From the NCBI GenBank assembly GCA_035480235.1, contig DATIHX010000009.1, forward strand, positions 3,857 through 67,856: a stretch of DNA of 64,000 bases, written 5' to 3'. The stretch is from Candidatus Saccharimonadales bacterium. GTDB lineage: Bacteria > Patescibacteriota > UBA1384 > 2-12-FULL-50-11. Each line of letters begins with the position of its first letter. Position 1 is the first letter of the stretch. Below, one piece after another: positions 26,939 to 35,379 of this stretch. A program made the translations under genes and the position numbers. The notes under the pieces are model-generated. The model saw only the letters and a program-made list of their open reading frames with translations, was not told the DNA's origin and searched no databases.

Positions 26939-29906
26939 AAATTCGGTCGAGCAGACTTTCGTCGAGTTCGGCCAGGAAGCGGCTGGGCAGCGTTGAGGTT
27001 AAGCCGCCGTGAATGATCCGCTGGCGGGCGTGCGTCAGGTACAAGCGTTTGCGGGCCCGGGTCATGCCCACATAACAAAGCCGGCGCTCTTCGTCCATCT
27101 CGCTTTGGTCTTCCAGCGCTCGCAGGTGCGGGAACAGGCCCTCTTCCATCCCGGTCAAAAAGACGGTCGTAAATTCCAGGCCTTTGGCGGCGTGCATGCT
27201 CATCATCGTCACCGCGTCAGCCGAGCCGTCGTAGTTATCGACGTCCGAAACTAAGGCGACGTGTTCTAAAAAATCTTCCAGATTTTCAAACTCGAAGGCC
27301 AAGTTTTTTAATTCTTCGACGTTCTCCCAACGAGCCTCGCCCTCGGGCGTGCCGTCGTTCACATAGTCCTGATATTTGATCGTTTTCAAAAGCGTCTCTA
27401 TAACCACTTGCGGCGTACTTTCGGCGACCATCGCTCTTAATGTCGCCATCTCGTTCAAAAAAGCCTGGACTTTTTCGCCGCCAGTGGCGAGCGTTTTTGG
27501 CCCGATCCCGCGGGTTGGCACGTTAATAATTCGGGCCAGCGAATGGGTATCGCTCTGGTTCAGCAAAAAGCGCAGATAGGCCAAGATGTCTTTGACTTCT
27601 TTCCGTTCATAGAAGCGCAGGGCACCGATCAGCCGGTACGGCACGCCTTCGTTTAAGAAGATTTCCTCGATCACCCGCGACTGGGCATTGGTCCGGTACA
27701 AGACCGCGAACTCGCCCCAATTTTTGCCCATGTTGTGGAGAACCCTGGCTTCTTCAGCGATAAAATCCGCTTCGCCGTAAGCGTTGTGAGCCTCGAAAAC
27801 GGTGATCGGCGGCCCTTCTTCGTTATCGGTCCAGAGTTTTTTGTCGGACTTCCTTTTGATCCGGTCAACAATTTGATTAGCGCCCTTAAGGATGGTTTTG
27901 GTCGAGCGGTAATTCTGCTCCAGTTTAATAACGGTCGTGCCGGGAAAATCCCGGGCGAAATTGAGGATATTTTTGAAATTGGCCCCGCGCCAGCCGTAAA
28001 TAGAGTTGTGCACTACAATGCCATTTGCAATAAGGGTGTTGCTTTCAACTACGTCAATATCATAAACGAGTCCCTCGTATTGCTCAAAAACCACTTCAGC
28101 AATTTCAGCGGTGACAACTTTCCCGTCCTCAACTATCGGCACAAGCATACCTGGGCGTAAATGAGCAGCCGGTTGCCAGGGGAAGTTTCTATCTTCCTTG
28201 GTTAGTCGGGCCGCTCGGTGTAAATCGACTTCGCCAGCTTTGCTCAGCTCTTCCGCTAAAGTGTAAGCGTCCGCAAAGTGCTTGCGCGATGTTTCCACAC
28301 GACGACTCTTTTTATCAGCCCGGGTTTCGATACCAGCGTTCGATAACCGCTCCAATAAGGCGGTGTTGCTTGTAGTCAAGCGGACACGGTGAGCATGCCA
28401 AGGCAACTTTGTTTCGACACGGCTATCGCCGAATTGGATTAAATAAGCTTGAGCCCGACCAGGGTAAAGGTTAGACAGTTCAGTTGTCACCGCCTGTGGT
28501 CGAAAATGTGGGTACTCGGAAAATAAAAGATAATCAGCCATTAAATTCTCCGCATTGGTGGTCGTATCGATTTCTTTATAAATCTGATCAATGTGTTTCT
28601 GGGTAAATGTCAGTCCGTCTCGACCCAGCGAAAAGAATAGTACTTTGGGGATCTGGTATTTGAGTGAGAGAAGCTCCTCCTGGTAACGGGCTTCAACTAA
28701 ACTACTCGTGACGACGATAATCCACATTTTATCGGCTCGTTCTTGATTCGCCCTAGCAAGTAAACCGTTTATTTCGCCTTTACCGGGGTTACGAATACCC
28801 CGCGTTATTCCCAATCGATAGCCCTTATCAGCCCGGAACATCAGGTAAACGTACCACTGACCTTCTTTCGGCTGGAGACGGGCGAAACAAATATGTTCCG
28901 GTGTCATCGTAACCGAGCGGCCGGATTTTGTTCTAATCTGTACGACACTGCCCTTATATTTCGTGGTTCTTACTTCGTTGACAGAGAATTGCTGCGTTTC
29001 TCCAAAACCACTGGCAGCCACAATCTTGGTGCCTTTTTTCACTTTTTCAATCGGCAATTCTTTTTCTAGAGTCAGGACTTTAGTATTAGGTAATAGGCAC
29101 TGGTAATCGTCGCCGACGACGCATAAATTCTTGGCGGTTGGGTTCATCAGCGCCAATGTCAGCCGGTACTGGGCGTGGTTGGTGTCTTGATACTCGTCGA
29201 CCATCACGTATTTGAAGAGTTTGTTGTACTTGGCTTTGATCGCTGGGTTGTTCTCGAGCATCCGAACTGTTTCACCGATTAAGTCGTCAAAATCCAGCGC
29301 CGAGAGTTTTTTTAGCTCTTTCTCGTAATTTTTGAACACGTCGACAGCGATCGTTTGAAAGTGGCCGTCGGCGTAGGTTTCGTACTGGGCCGCCGTTTGC
29401 AGCTCGTTTTTGGCGTTGGAGATAATGCTGCGAATCGCCTGGGGGCTGTATTGTTTCGGGTCGAGGTTTTTGTCCTTGAGGGCTTGTTTGATCACCAAGA
29501 GTGAGTCGTCGGAATCAAAAATGGTGAAGCTCCGGCTCAGGCCGATATTTTCGGCTTCAGCGCGGAGCAACCGGACGCAAATGCTGTGAAAGGTGCCGAC
29601 CCAAGGCAACCGGCGACGCATCACTAAATTCGGGTTTTTGGCCCAGGCGCTTTCGTCGTGACCGAGGATTTTTAATATCCGGTGGCCGAGTTCCTGGGCG
29701 GCTTTATTAGTGAACGTCACCATCAAGATTTCATCGAGCTCGGCTTTGTGTTCGGCCACGATATAGGCCATACGGTGGGTCAGGCACTTGGTTTTGCCGG
29801 AGCCGGCCCCGGCCAAGATTAAAACCGGCCCTTCGGTCGCCCGGACCGCTTCCTGCTGCGGCTCGTTCAAATCCGTAAAAATGTCGGTGGTTTTTGTCTC
29901 ACTCAT
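26937..29906 (-). CDS. pcrA: UvrD/PcrA-family DNA helicase interrupted by an intein
   Basis: Walker A GAGSGKTK, DEYQDT, motif III split as VGDDYQ | intein | SIYGWRGA, and later helicase motifs (VTMMSMHAAKGLEF, LCYVGMTRAR). Start trimmed to the ATG at 29906. Confidence 0.9.
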   Translation of the reverse strand: MSETKTTDIFTDLNEPQQEAVRATEGPVLILAGAGSGKTKCLTHRMAYIVAEHKAELDEILMVTFTNKAAQELGHRILKILGHDESAWAKNPNLVMRRRLPWVGTFHSICVRLLRAEAENIGLSRSFTIFDSDDSLLVIKQALKDKNLDPKQYSPQAIRSIISNAKNELQTAAQYETYADGHFQTIAVDVFKNYEKELKKLSALDFDDLIGETVRMLENNPAIKAKYNKLFKYVMVDEYQDTNHAQYRLTLALMNPTAKNLCVVGDDYQCLLPNTKVLTLEKELPIEKVKKGTKIVAASGFGETQQFSVNEVRTTKYKGSVVQIRTKSGRSVTMTPEHICFARLQPKEGQWYVYLMFRADKGYRLGITRGIRNPGKGEINGLLARANQERADKMWIIVVTSSLVEARYQEELLSLKYQIPKVLFFSLGRDGLTFTQKHIDQIYKEIDTTTNAENLMADYLLFSEYPHFRPQAVTTELSNLYPGRAQAYLIQFGDSRVETKLPWHAHRVRLTTSNTALLERLSNAGIETRADKKSRRVETSRKHFADAYTLAEELSKAGEVDLHRAARLTKEDRNFPWQPAAHLRPGMLVPIVEDGKVVTAEIAEVVFEQYEGLVYDIDVVESNTLIANGIVVHNSIYGWRGANFKNILNFARDFPGTTVIKLEQNYRSTKTILKGANQIVDRIKRKSDKKLWTDNEEGPPITVFEAHNAYGEADFIAEEARVLHNMGKNWGEFAVLYRTNAQSRVIEEIFLNEGVPYRLIGALRFYERKEVKDILAYLRFLLNQSDTHSLARIINVPTRGIGPKTLATGGEKVQAFLNEMATLRAMVAESTPQVVIETLLKTIKYQDYVNDGTPEGEARWENVEELKNLAFEFENLEDFLEHVALVSDVDNYDGSADAVTMMSMHAAKGLEFTTVFLTGMEEGLFPHLRALEDQSEMDEERRLCYVGMTRARKRLYLTHARQRIIHGGLTSTLPSRFLAELDESLLDRI
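28005..29099 (-). mobile_element. intein (365 codons) in helicase motif III
   Basis: Starts with Cys (CLLPNTKVLT), has block B TPEH, and ends ...NGIVVHN followed by extein Ser. Removing it restores VGDDYQSIYGWRGA. Confidence 0.85.
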
Positions 29907-29937
29907 GCGCTCATCAGCATAGCGGAAGTACGGAGTA

Positions 29938-29963
29938 GAAAAAAGCCGCGGATATACCGCGGC
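29938..29963 (-). terminator. intrinsic terminator separating the 724-aa gene from pcrA
   Basis: Minus strand: GCCGCGG tatat CCGCGGC TTTTTTC. Confidence 0.7.
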
Positions 29964-29970
29964 GGGTTCG

Positions 29971-32145
29971 TTAGTTGGCCTTAGCTGAGGCAACTCCCAA
30001 CTTGAAAACCAAGCTACTCATATTGCTATCTCCCAGGTCGAGATACCGTCGGGCTGCCCGAATTATGGCCGCATCTCCGGTTAGGAAGATGGCCCACTCG
30101 AGCCAGGCTTTGGCTTCCATATCGGCTTGATGGGCAAGGAGCCACCGCTTGAAATCTGCCACGCCTTTGTGGAACTCAAGCCAGTCAAACCAGAATTGCC
30201 GCTGGACATCGTAATTGTGGCGCAGAACGCCACGCAACTTAGCCAGCGCTTGGAGGAACATCCTTACCTGGTCCGCTTCGCTGTAGCCGTACTTTGCAAC
30301 GAACCGAGCCTTCGCTTCGTCCGAATGACCCTTACTCTCTTTATGGTAATCGATGAGACTCTCCTCGATCCAGTTTTCGGCAAACCATGCATCCACCTTT
30401 TTCCGCCATCGAGAATTGAGCCATTGTTTCGGCCTGTCAGCCGAGCTAACTAACTTAATAACGACGTCCTGAGCATGAGCGTATCTTTCTCGAGAATGGT
30501 TAATAGCCCAAGCGATTTCCAGTAATGCAGCTCGCACTTCGGCATCTCGATCGAATCGGGACATGAGATGCTCTTGGAGCCAGGCCAATTTGCCTTCATA
30601 GCCTCCTTCGGGCTGATAGAAGAGCGCTGAAACCACTACATCTTTGACGGCGACGCCGCAATCAAGGAGTGTATCCCGCCAGTGAGCGTCAGCCCAAAAG
30701 GCAGCCGATTCTGGCAGCGCTTCCCTTCCAGCGTAGTGGGATTGATAGGGCAAGATTGCCCGAACCACATTTTCGCTTTGGAGATCGGCCCTTACTAGCT
30801 GATAACCGGCCTTATAACAGGCTTCGGCATGATCTTCATTTGCGCTCAGGAGAGCACCTGGTTGAATGCCCCAAGGAATAACAAACTCCTTTACGAGCTT
30901 TTCCAGGCGATAAGCCAAATAACGCTCTTTCGGAGCTACGTAGCTGGCAATCCAACGACGCAAAACGGCCTTAGCCGCCTCCTCGTCGGGTTGGTCAGCC
31001 AGCCAGTCCGCCAGCTGACCAGCGTCAAGCTTATCGGCTACCGGATCAATCGAACCGGCGAGCTGGCGCCGACTCTCCTCCGGCAACTCGCTGTAGAAGC
31101 AATCCCAATCCCCGCTTTCAACGGCTAGCCGTCTCAGATACGGTGCAGCGATCCCGAAGGGCAGCTGCATAAGGACGTCGTAGAGCCGGGGAGCGCGATC
31201 TTCCGGAGCGCCTTTGTGGAGCGGATGCTCCTTATTGTTATGGGCAGCGAACCAACCCTCCAAGTTGGTCGTTAGCCCAGGGCTAATCGCTAGCTCCGGC
31301 AGCAACTCGTTTGCCAGCCGCCACGCGTAGTGGCTGTTGATACCAGCGAGCTCGGCGCGCTCAGCCGAGCTGAGCTCGCCGATGAACCGCTTCACAACCT
31401 TAACTGCATACCTTGAGACGTAGTCGTTTCGGTAGCTCGAGCCTTCTTTGATCACTGGCTCGCCCCGCAACGCCCCAACTAGTTCCGGCCAGAGACCACG
31501 GGGCAAGGCCCCGAGAAGAGTCGTGGGCGTCCTATCCTTTGAATGATCGACGGACTCGTCAAAGATCCAGCAGAATAAGTGTTGTCGCAAGTCTGGCAAA
31601 TGAGCCAGCTCCGGTAGCCCAACAGTTTCATTGACCAGACTTGCCAGGTTATCATCCCTCGGTTGGTAGACCCAGCGACAGGCCTGGTAGAATTCGACGT
31701 CGTTGTCGGCGGGTCGGTGGGTATACCGTCGCCCCAATCTACAGGCGGTGGCAATTTCCTCCCAGCTGACTTGCCCGTTTCCGGTAATCCGCGCCCAGAC
31801 CTGGTGCGCCGAGGTTGGGACCAGCGAAAGGTTGCGGACGAGGAACTTGTCGATGAAAGATTGCCGATTGGCGGCCGAATGGTTGGCTGCGTACAGCAAG
31901 CTTGTCAGCACCAGCGGATCGGTCTCCCGAGCCTGAAGATGCTCACGAGCTACGCGAAACAGTGGCGAGTCAGGATTCAGGGCGTTACTGGCCAAACTCT
32001 CGACTGCCAGCCGTGAGTTCCAGGTGCGCTCATCTTCGAGCAGGAACTTTAGGCCTAAGTTTCGAGTGCGATTATCGAGTTTGGCTCGGAAATCGAGACG
32101 ATGCATCAGGGTTTTACCCCATTCAGATAGATTAGCAGTGTTCAT
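29971..32145 (-). CDS. large orphan protein (724 aa), Trp-rich and helical-looking, no recognised motif
   Basis: AGGAGGAAGT RBS before the ATG at 32145. Uninterrupted 2.2-kb ORF with its own terminator. No signal peptide, TM helix or Walker motif seen. Confidence 0.8.
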   Translation of the reverse strand: MNTANLSEWGKTLMHRLDFRAKLDNRTRNLGLKFLLEDERTWNSRLAVESLASNALNPDSPLFRVAREHLQARETDPLVLTSLLYAANHSAANRQSFIDKFLVRNLSLVPTSAHQVWARITGNGQVSWEEIATACRLGRRYTHRPADNDVEFYQACRWVYQPRDDNLASLVNETVGLPELAHLPDLRQHLFCWIFDESVDHSKDRTPTTLLGALPRGLWPELVGALRGEPVIKEGSSYRNDYVSRYAVKVVKRFIGELSSAERAELAGINSHYAWRLANELLPELAISPGLTTNLEGWFAAHNNKEHPLHKGAPEDRAPRLYDVLMQLPFGIAAPYLRRLAVESGDWDCFYSELPEESRRQLAGSIDPVADKLDAGQLADWLADQPDEEAAKAVLRRWIASYVAPKERYLAYRLEKLVKEFVIPWGIQPGALLSANEDHAEACYKAGYQLVRADLQSENVVRAILPYQSHYAGREALPESAAFWADAHWRDTLLDCGVAVKDVVVSALFYQPEGGYEGKLAWLQEHLMSRFDRDAEVRAALLEIAWAINHSRERYAHAQDVVIKLVSSADRPKQWLNSRWRKKVDAWFAENWIEESLIDYHKESKGHSDEAKARFVAKYGYSEADQVRMFLQALAKLRGVLRHNYDVQRQFWFDWLEFHKGVADFKRWLLAHQADMEAKAWLEWAIFLTGDAAIIRAARRYLDLGDSNMSSLVFKLGVASAKAN

Positions 32146-32412
32146 ACTTCCTCCTAAGGAAGGGGCGCGAGACCGTCGCGCACGGTGGCAAACAGCCTAC
32201 TGGGTTTTCATGCATCAGCTTGAGCTCTGCGGTAAGGTTACTCCAACGCCTATTGGCAATACCGACCTGTCTTGCTGAGTAGAAAACTTTTTGACTTGCC
32301 GAAGACCGTGTTAGCGCTGCTTAGCGTTGAATTTAACACGGGCCAAATTGTTCAAGAACAGAGCCTGGGCTCATCAAAAGGATTGTGGCAGATATAAACC
32401 CTGGAAACAATG

Positions 32413-32467
32413 AGCTACTTGGCTACGGCTTTTTGCTTCCGCTCGACGTCGAAGAAACGGGCTTGCT
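32413..32467. repeat. degenerate copy of the dnaB 3' terminus (direct repeat A)
   Basis: About 46 of 55 positions match 33319-33373, with a 25-bp identical core tcgacgtcgaagaaacgggcttgct. Read on the minus strand it encodes ARFFDVERKQKAVAK* versus the dnaB tail ARFFDVERKQKVATK*. Confidence 0.85.
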
Positions 32468-32486
32468 TTTATGGTAAGATTGCCTC

Positions 32487-32918
32487 ATGGAATGGCTGTC
32501 GCTGGCGGTGTTTACTTCGGTTGGTTACGGCTTGTACAACTTTTTCATTAAAGCGGCCTCAGACAAAATTAACCCACTACTAGCGACGTTTTACCTCACC
32601 TTGACCGCCGCGATTGTCAGCGGCATTGCTTTACTAGTTTTGCGGTCGCTCAACTTACTACCAGCCGTTCACTCTACCCGCAGCGGCGTGGCTTTGGTGA
32701 TCGCCGCCGGGGTTGCTACCGGCGTGGCCGATTTGTTGTATTTTATTATGTTTGCGCGCGGCCAAAGCTTGAACGTTGGCTTGCCATTCGCGCTCGGCCT
32801 AGCGACGGTTTTGGCAATTACGTTGTCAATGATTTTTCTACACGAGACGCTGACTATTACCAAAACGCTCGGAATTATTATTACTCTCGTCGGCATCGTC
32901 ATCTTGGCTAAGTATTAA
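32487..32918 (+). CDS. half-size EamA/DMT-like membrane protein (143 aa)
   Basis: Single EamA-like repeat with about 5 TM helices. TGgTAAGAT extended -10 lies 6 nt upstream of the ATG. Confidence 0.7.
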   Translation: MEWLSLAVFTSVGYGLYNFFIKAASDKINPLLATFYLTLTAAIVSGIALLVLRSLNLLPAVHSTRSGVALVIAAGVATGVADLLYFIMFARGQSLNVGLPFALGLATVLAITLSMIFLHETLTITKTLGIIITLVGIVILAKY

Positions 32919-32930
32919 AAAGGGCGCCAT

Positions 32931-33263
32931 TTAGGCGCCAGGATTTTCGTTAACTGCTAAATCCGGGATCACTTCGAAGTCAGCCAAGAACACTGAGTGA
33001 AAAGAACCGCCCGTCTTCAAAACGTTGGCTTGCCCGTAGAGCCGAACAATGGCTATGCGCTGGGTTGCAAGGGGCGAGAACACTTCAAGGCTCTTAAAGA
33101 ACAGCTGTTTACCAACTTCATAGTCTTCGTCGGTCATGGTGCCCGTGCTGAATTCAAACATCTTGCCATCCGCTACCAAGTCAGCCATCGCCTGCTGCCA
33201 AGTGGCAATTTGTTCAAGATTGGCCTGCGGCGCACCGATCACTAATTCACAAGTCCGTACCAC
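32931..33263 (-). CDS. hypothetical protein (110 aa)
   Basis: ORF that fills the cassette. No motif recognised. Confidence 0.5.
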   Translation of the reverse strand: MVRTCELVIGAPQANLEQIATWQQAMADLVADGKMFEFSTGTMTDEDYEVGKQLFFKSLEVFSPLATQRIAIVRLYGQANVLKTGGSFHSVFLADFEVIPDLAVNENPGA

Positions 33264-33318
33264 AACTCACCTCCTCCGGTGTAGTGAGAATATTCTAGCA
33301 ATTCTACCAGAGAAATCA

Positions 33319-33373
33319 AGCTACTTCGTCGCGACCTTTTGTTTCCGTTCGACGTCGAAGAAACGGGCTTGCT
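33319..33373. repeat. dnaB 3' terminus (direct repeat B)
   Basis: Partner of 32413-32467. Confidence 0.85.
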
Positions 33374-34685
33374 CGGCGCGGAAGTGCAGCTCCACTTCGC
33401 CGATCGGGCCGTTCCGGTGTTTCCGAATCAAAATATCGGTCATGCCTTTGCGCTCGGTGTCGCGCTCGTAGTAATCTTCGCGGTAAATAAACATCACCAC
33501 GTCGGCGTCTTGCTCGATGGAACCAGAGTCACGCAAATCCGAGAGTTGCGGCGTTTTTTTGTCGCGGCTTTCGACGGCCCGAGAGAGCTGCGCCAGGGCC
33601 AGCACGGGGACATCCAATTCACGGGCCAGCGCCTTCAAATTCCGGGAGATCTCCGAGACCTCTTGAACCCGGTTGTTGTCGCCGTAACCGCCGCTCATGC
33701 CGCCGCTAATGAGCTGTAAATAATCGACGACGATTAAACCGAGATTGTGATCGGCCTTCAGTCGTCTGGCTCGGGTGCGGATATCAAGTGTGGTCAGCAT
33801 CGGCGAATCGTCGATAAAAATCGGCGCCTCGGCCAACGTTCCCATCGCCATACCGATCGCCGGGAAATCGTCTTCGCTGAGGTTGCCGGTGCGCAGTTTC
33901 CAGCCGTCCACCATCGCTTGGGCGCAGATCAACCGGTCGACCAACTGCTCTTTGCTTTGCTCCAGCGAAAAGAAACCAACCGGTGTCTTGCCTTTGACGG
34001 CCGCGTTCAAAGCCATGTTTAAGGCCAGGGCGGTTTTTCCCATAGAGGGTCTGGCCGCCAGAATAATTAAGTCGGAGTTCTGAAAACCGGAGAGCTTGTG
34101 GTCGAGATCGCGGAAACCGGTAGTGACGCCGCGTAAAATCCCTTTTTCGCGGTGGAGCTGGTCGATCCGGTCGAAGCTCGAAGCCAGAATGTCGGAGATC
34201 GGCATGAAGTTGTCTTTCACCTGGGCGTGCGAGACTTCAAAGATCGCTTTTTCGGCTTGGTCCAGCACTTCGGCGACCTCGCGGTCTTCTTCGTAACCGA
34301 GTTGGCTGATTTTTTGGCCGGCCGTTAAGATTCGCCGCAAGACCGCTTTTTGGTGGACGATCTCGGCGTAGTGGGCGACGTGAATGGCGGTTGGTACCGA
34401 GTTGACCAGTTCGGCCAGGTAGGCGGCGCCGCCAACGCCGTCGAGCTGCTTGACCCCTTCCAGCTCGTTAGTCAGTGTTACTAAATCGATCGGCGCCCGT
34501 TTGTCGTAGAGGCGCAAGACCGCCCGGTAAATCGTTTGGTGATCGGTCCGGTAAAAATCGACATCGGTAATAATGTCGGCGATTTTGTCCATCGCGTCTT
34601 TGCTGGTTAAGACCGCGCCGAGCACCGCCGCTTCGGCCTCGATATTCTGCGGCGGGATTTTGCCGAGTAATTGTTCTTTGGCCAT
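33321..34685 (-). CDS. dnaB: replicative DNA helicase
   Basis: Walker A ARPSMGKTA, IVVDYLQL and the RecA-like core, with a DnaB N-terminal domain (PQNIEAEAAVLGAVL). Confidence 0.95.
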   Translation of the reverse strand: MAKEQLLGKIPPQNIEAEAAVLGAVLTSKDAMDKIADIITDVDFYRTDHQTIYRAVLRLYDKRAPIDLVTLTNELEGVKQLDGVGGAAYLAELVNSVPTAIHVAHYAEIVHQKAVLRRILTAGQKISQLGYEEDREVAEVLDQAEKAIFEVSHAQVKDNFMPISDILASSFDRIDQLHREKGILRGVTTGFRDLDHKLSGFQNSDLIILAARPSMGKTALALNMALNAAVKGKTPVGFFSLEQSKEQLVDRLICAQAMVDGWKLRTGNLSEDDFPAIGMAMGTLAEAPIFIDDSPMLTTLDIRTRARRLKADHNLGLIVVDYLQLISGGMSGGYGDNNRVQEVSEISRNLKALARELDVPVLALAQLSRAVESRDKKTPQLSDLRDSGSIEQDADVVMFIYREDYYERDTERKGMTDILIRKHRNGPIGEVELHFRAEQARFFDVERKQKVATK

Positions 34686-34761
34686 CGTCTTTTAAGTACT
34701 ACGGTTTTTTGAAGAATTTTCAATGACTACTATATGCGGCTAGCGCCGCAGCTCTCTTTTC

Positions 34762-34918
34762 CCAGAGGATAAGGGGCCTACTTGCGAAGCGGCCCCCTAC
34801 CCTCTGGACTCCCACCCCTGCACGCTTCCCTTCGGGGAGAGGAGGAAACGGATGGCTGGAAACCGGAAACTGTCACGGTATCCTCCATCGGTTTCAGGAA
34901 ACTATTTTATTGGCGGCA
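34762..34918 (+). ncRNA. structured-RNA-like element, copy 2 (unknown family; strand tentative)
   Basis: Helices CCAGAGG/CCTCTGG, GGGGCC/GGCCCC, TTCCC ttcg GGGAG and AAACGGATGG/CCATCGGTTT. Candidate promoter TTGAAG-16 nt-TATATG at 34709-34736. Confidence 0.45.
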
Positions 34919-34934
34919 ACAAGAAGAAAACCTC

Positions 34935-34963
34935 TTGACTTTTCAGGGTTAACATGTTAAAGT
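34935..34963 (+). promoter_or_regulatory. sigma70-like promoter with extended -10
   Basis: TTGACT, 17 nt (ending in TGT), TAAAGT. Confidence 0.55.
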
Positions 34964-34991
34964 TAGCCCAACAATCCCCAAGGAGAGTTGA

Positions 34992-35342
34992 ATGTACCGA
35001 ACCTTAAGTATTGCCGCGATAGTTTCGTTAATCACCATCTTTTTTTGTCTCCTGGTCGTTATCGGATGTGAGCCGGAGCAAAATCACCAATCGTCCACTC
35101 CGCCAGCATCGGCGATGGCTGTAGGCAAACTGGTGAAAATCGTACCAATCCAAACGTCCTGGAACGAGTCCCAGCGAAGCCAGGTCGTCACCGACAAAGC
35201 AACGTATATTGTCATTGGCTACCCCAGCGGCGGGCTTTCAACAGAGGTAAAACTCGAAAAAGGACCAGATGCACTAGAGCCTTACTATCTCTGGATTGAG
35301 CAGCCGGACGGCGAGTTCCGAAGATACACTTCCAGCGGCTAA
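34992..35342 (+). CDS. small lipoprotein (116 aa)
   Basis: AAGGAGAG RBS. Signal peptide with lipobox LVVIGC. Confidence 0.65.
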   Translation: MYRTLSIAAIVSLITIFFCLLVVIGCEPEQNHQSSTPPASAMAVGKLVKIVPIQTSWNESQRSQVVTDKATYIVIGYPSGGLSTEVKLEKGPDALEPYYLWIEQPDGEFRRYTSSG

Positions 35343-35352
35343 ATAGCCGTGG

Positions 35353-35379
35353 CCACATCTCAAAGTGATGTGGTTTTTT
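35353..35379 (+). terminator. intrinsic terminator (overlaps the dnaX stop)
   Basis: CCACATC tcaaagt GATGTGG TTTTTT. Confidence 0.65.
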
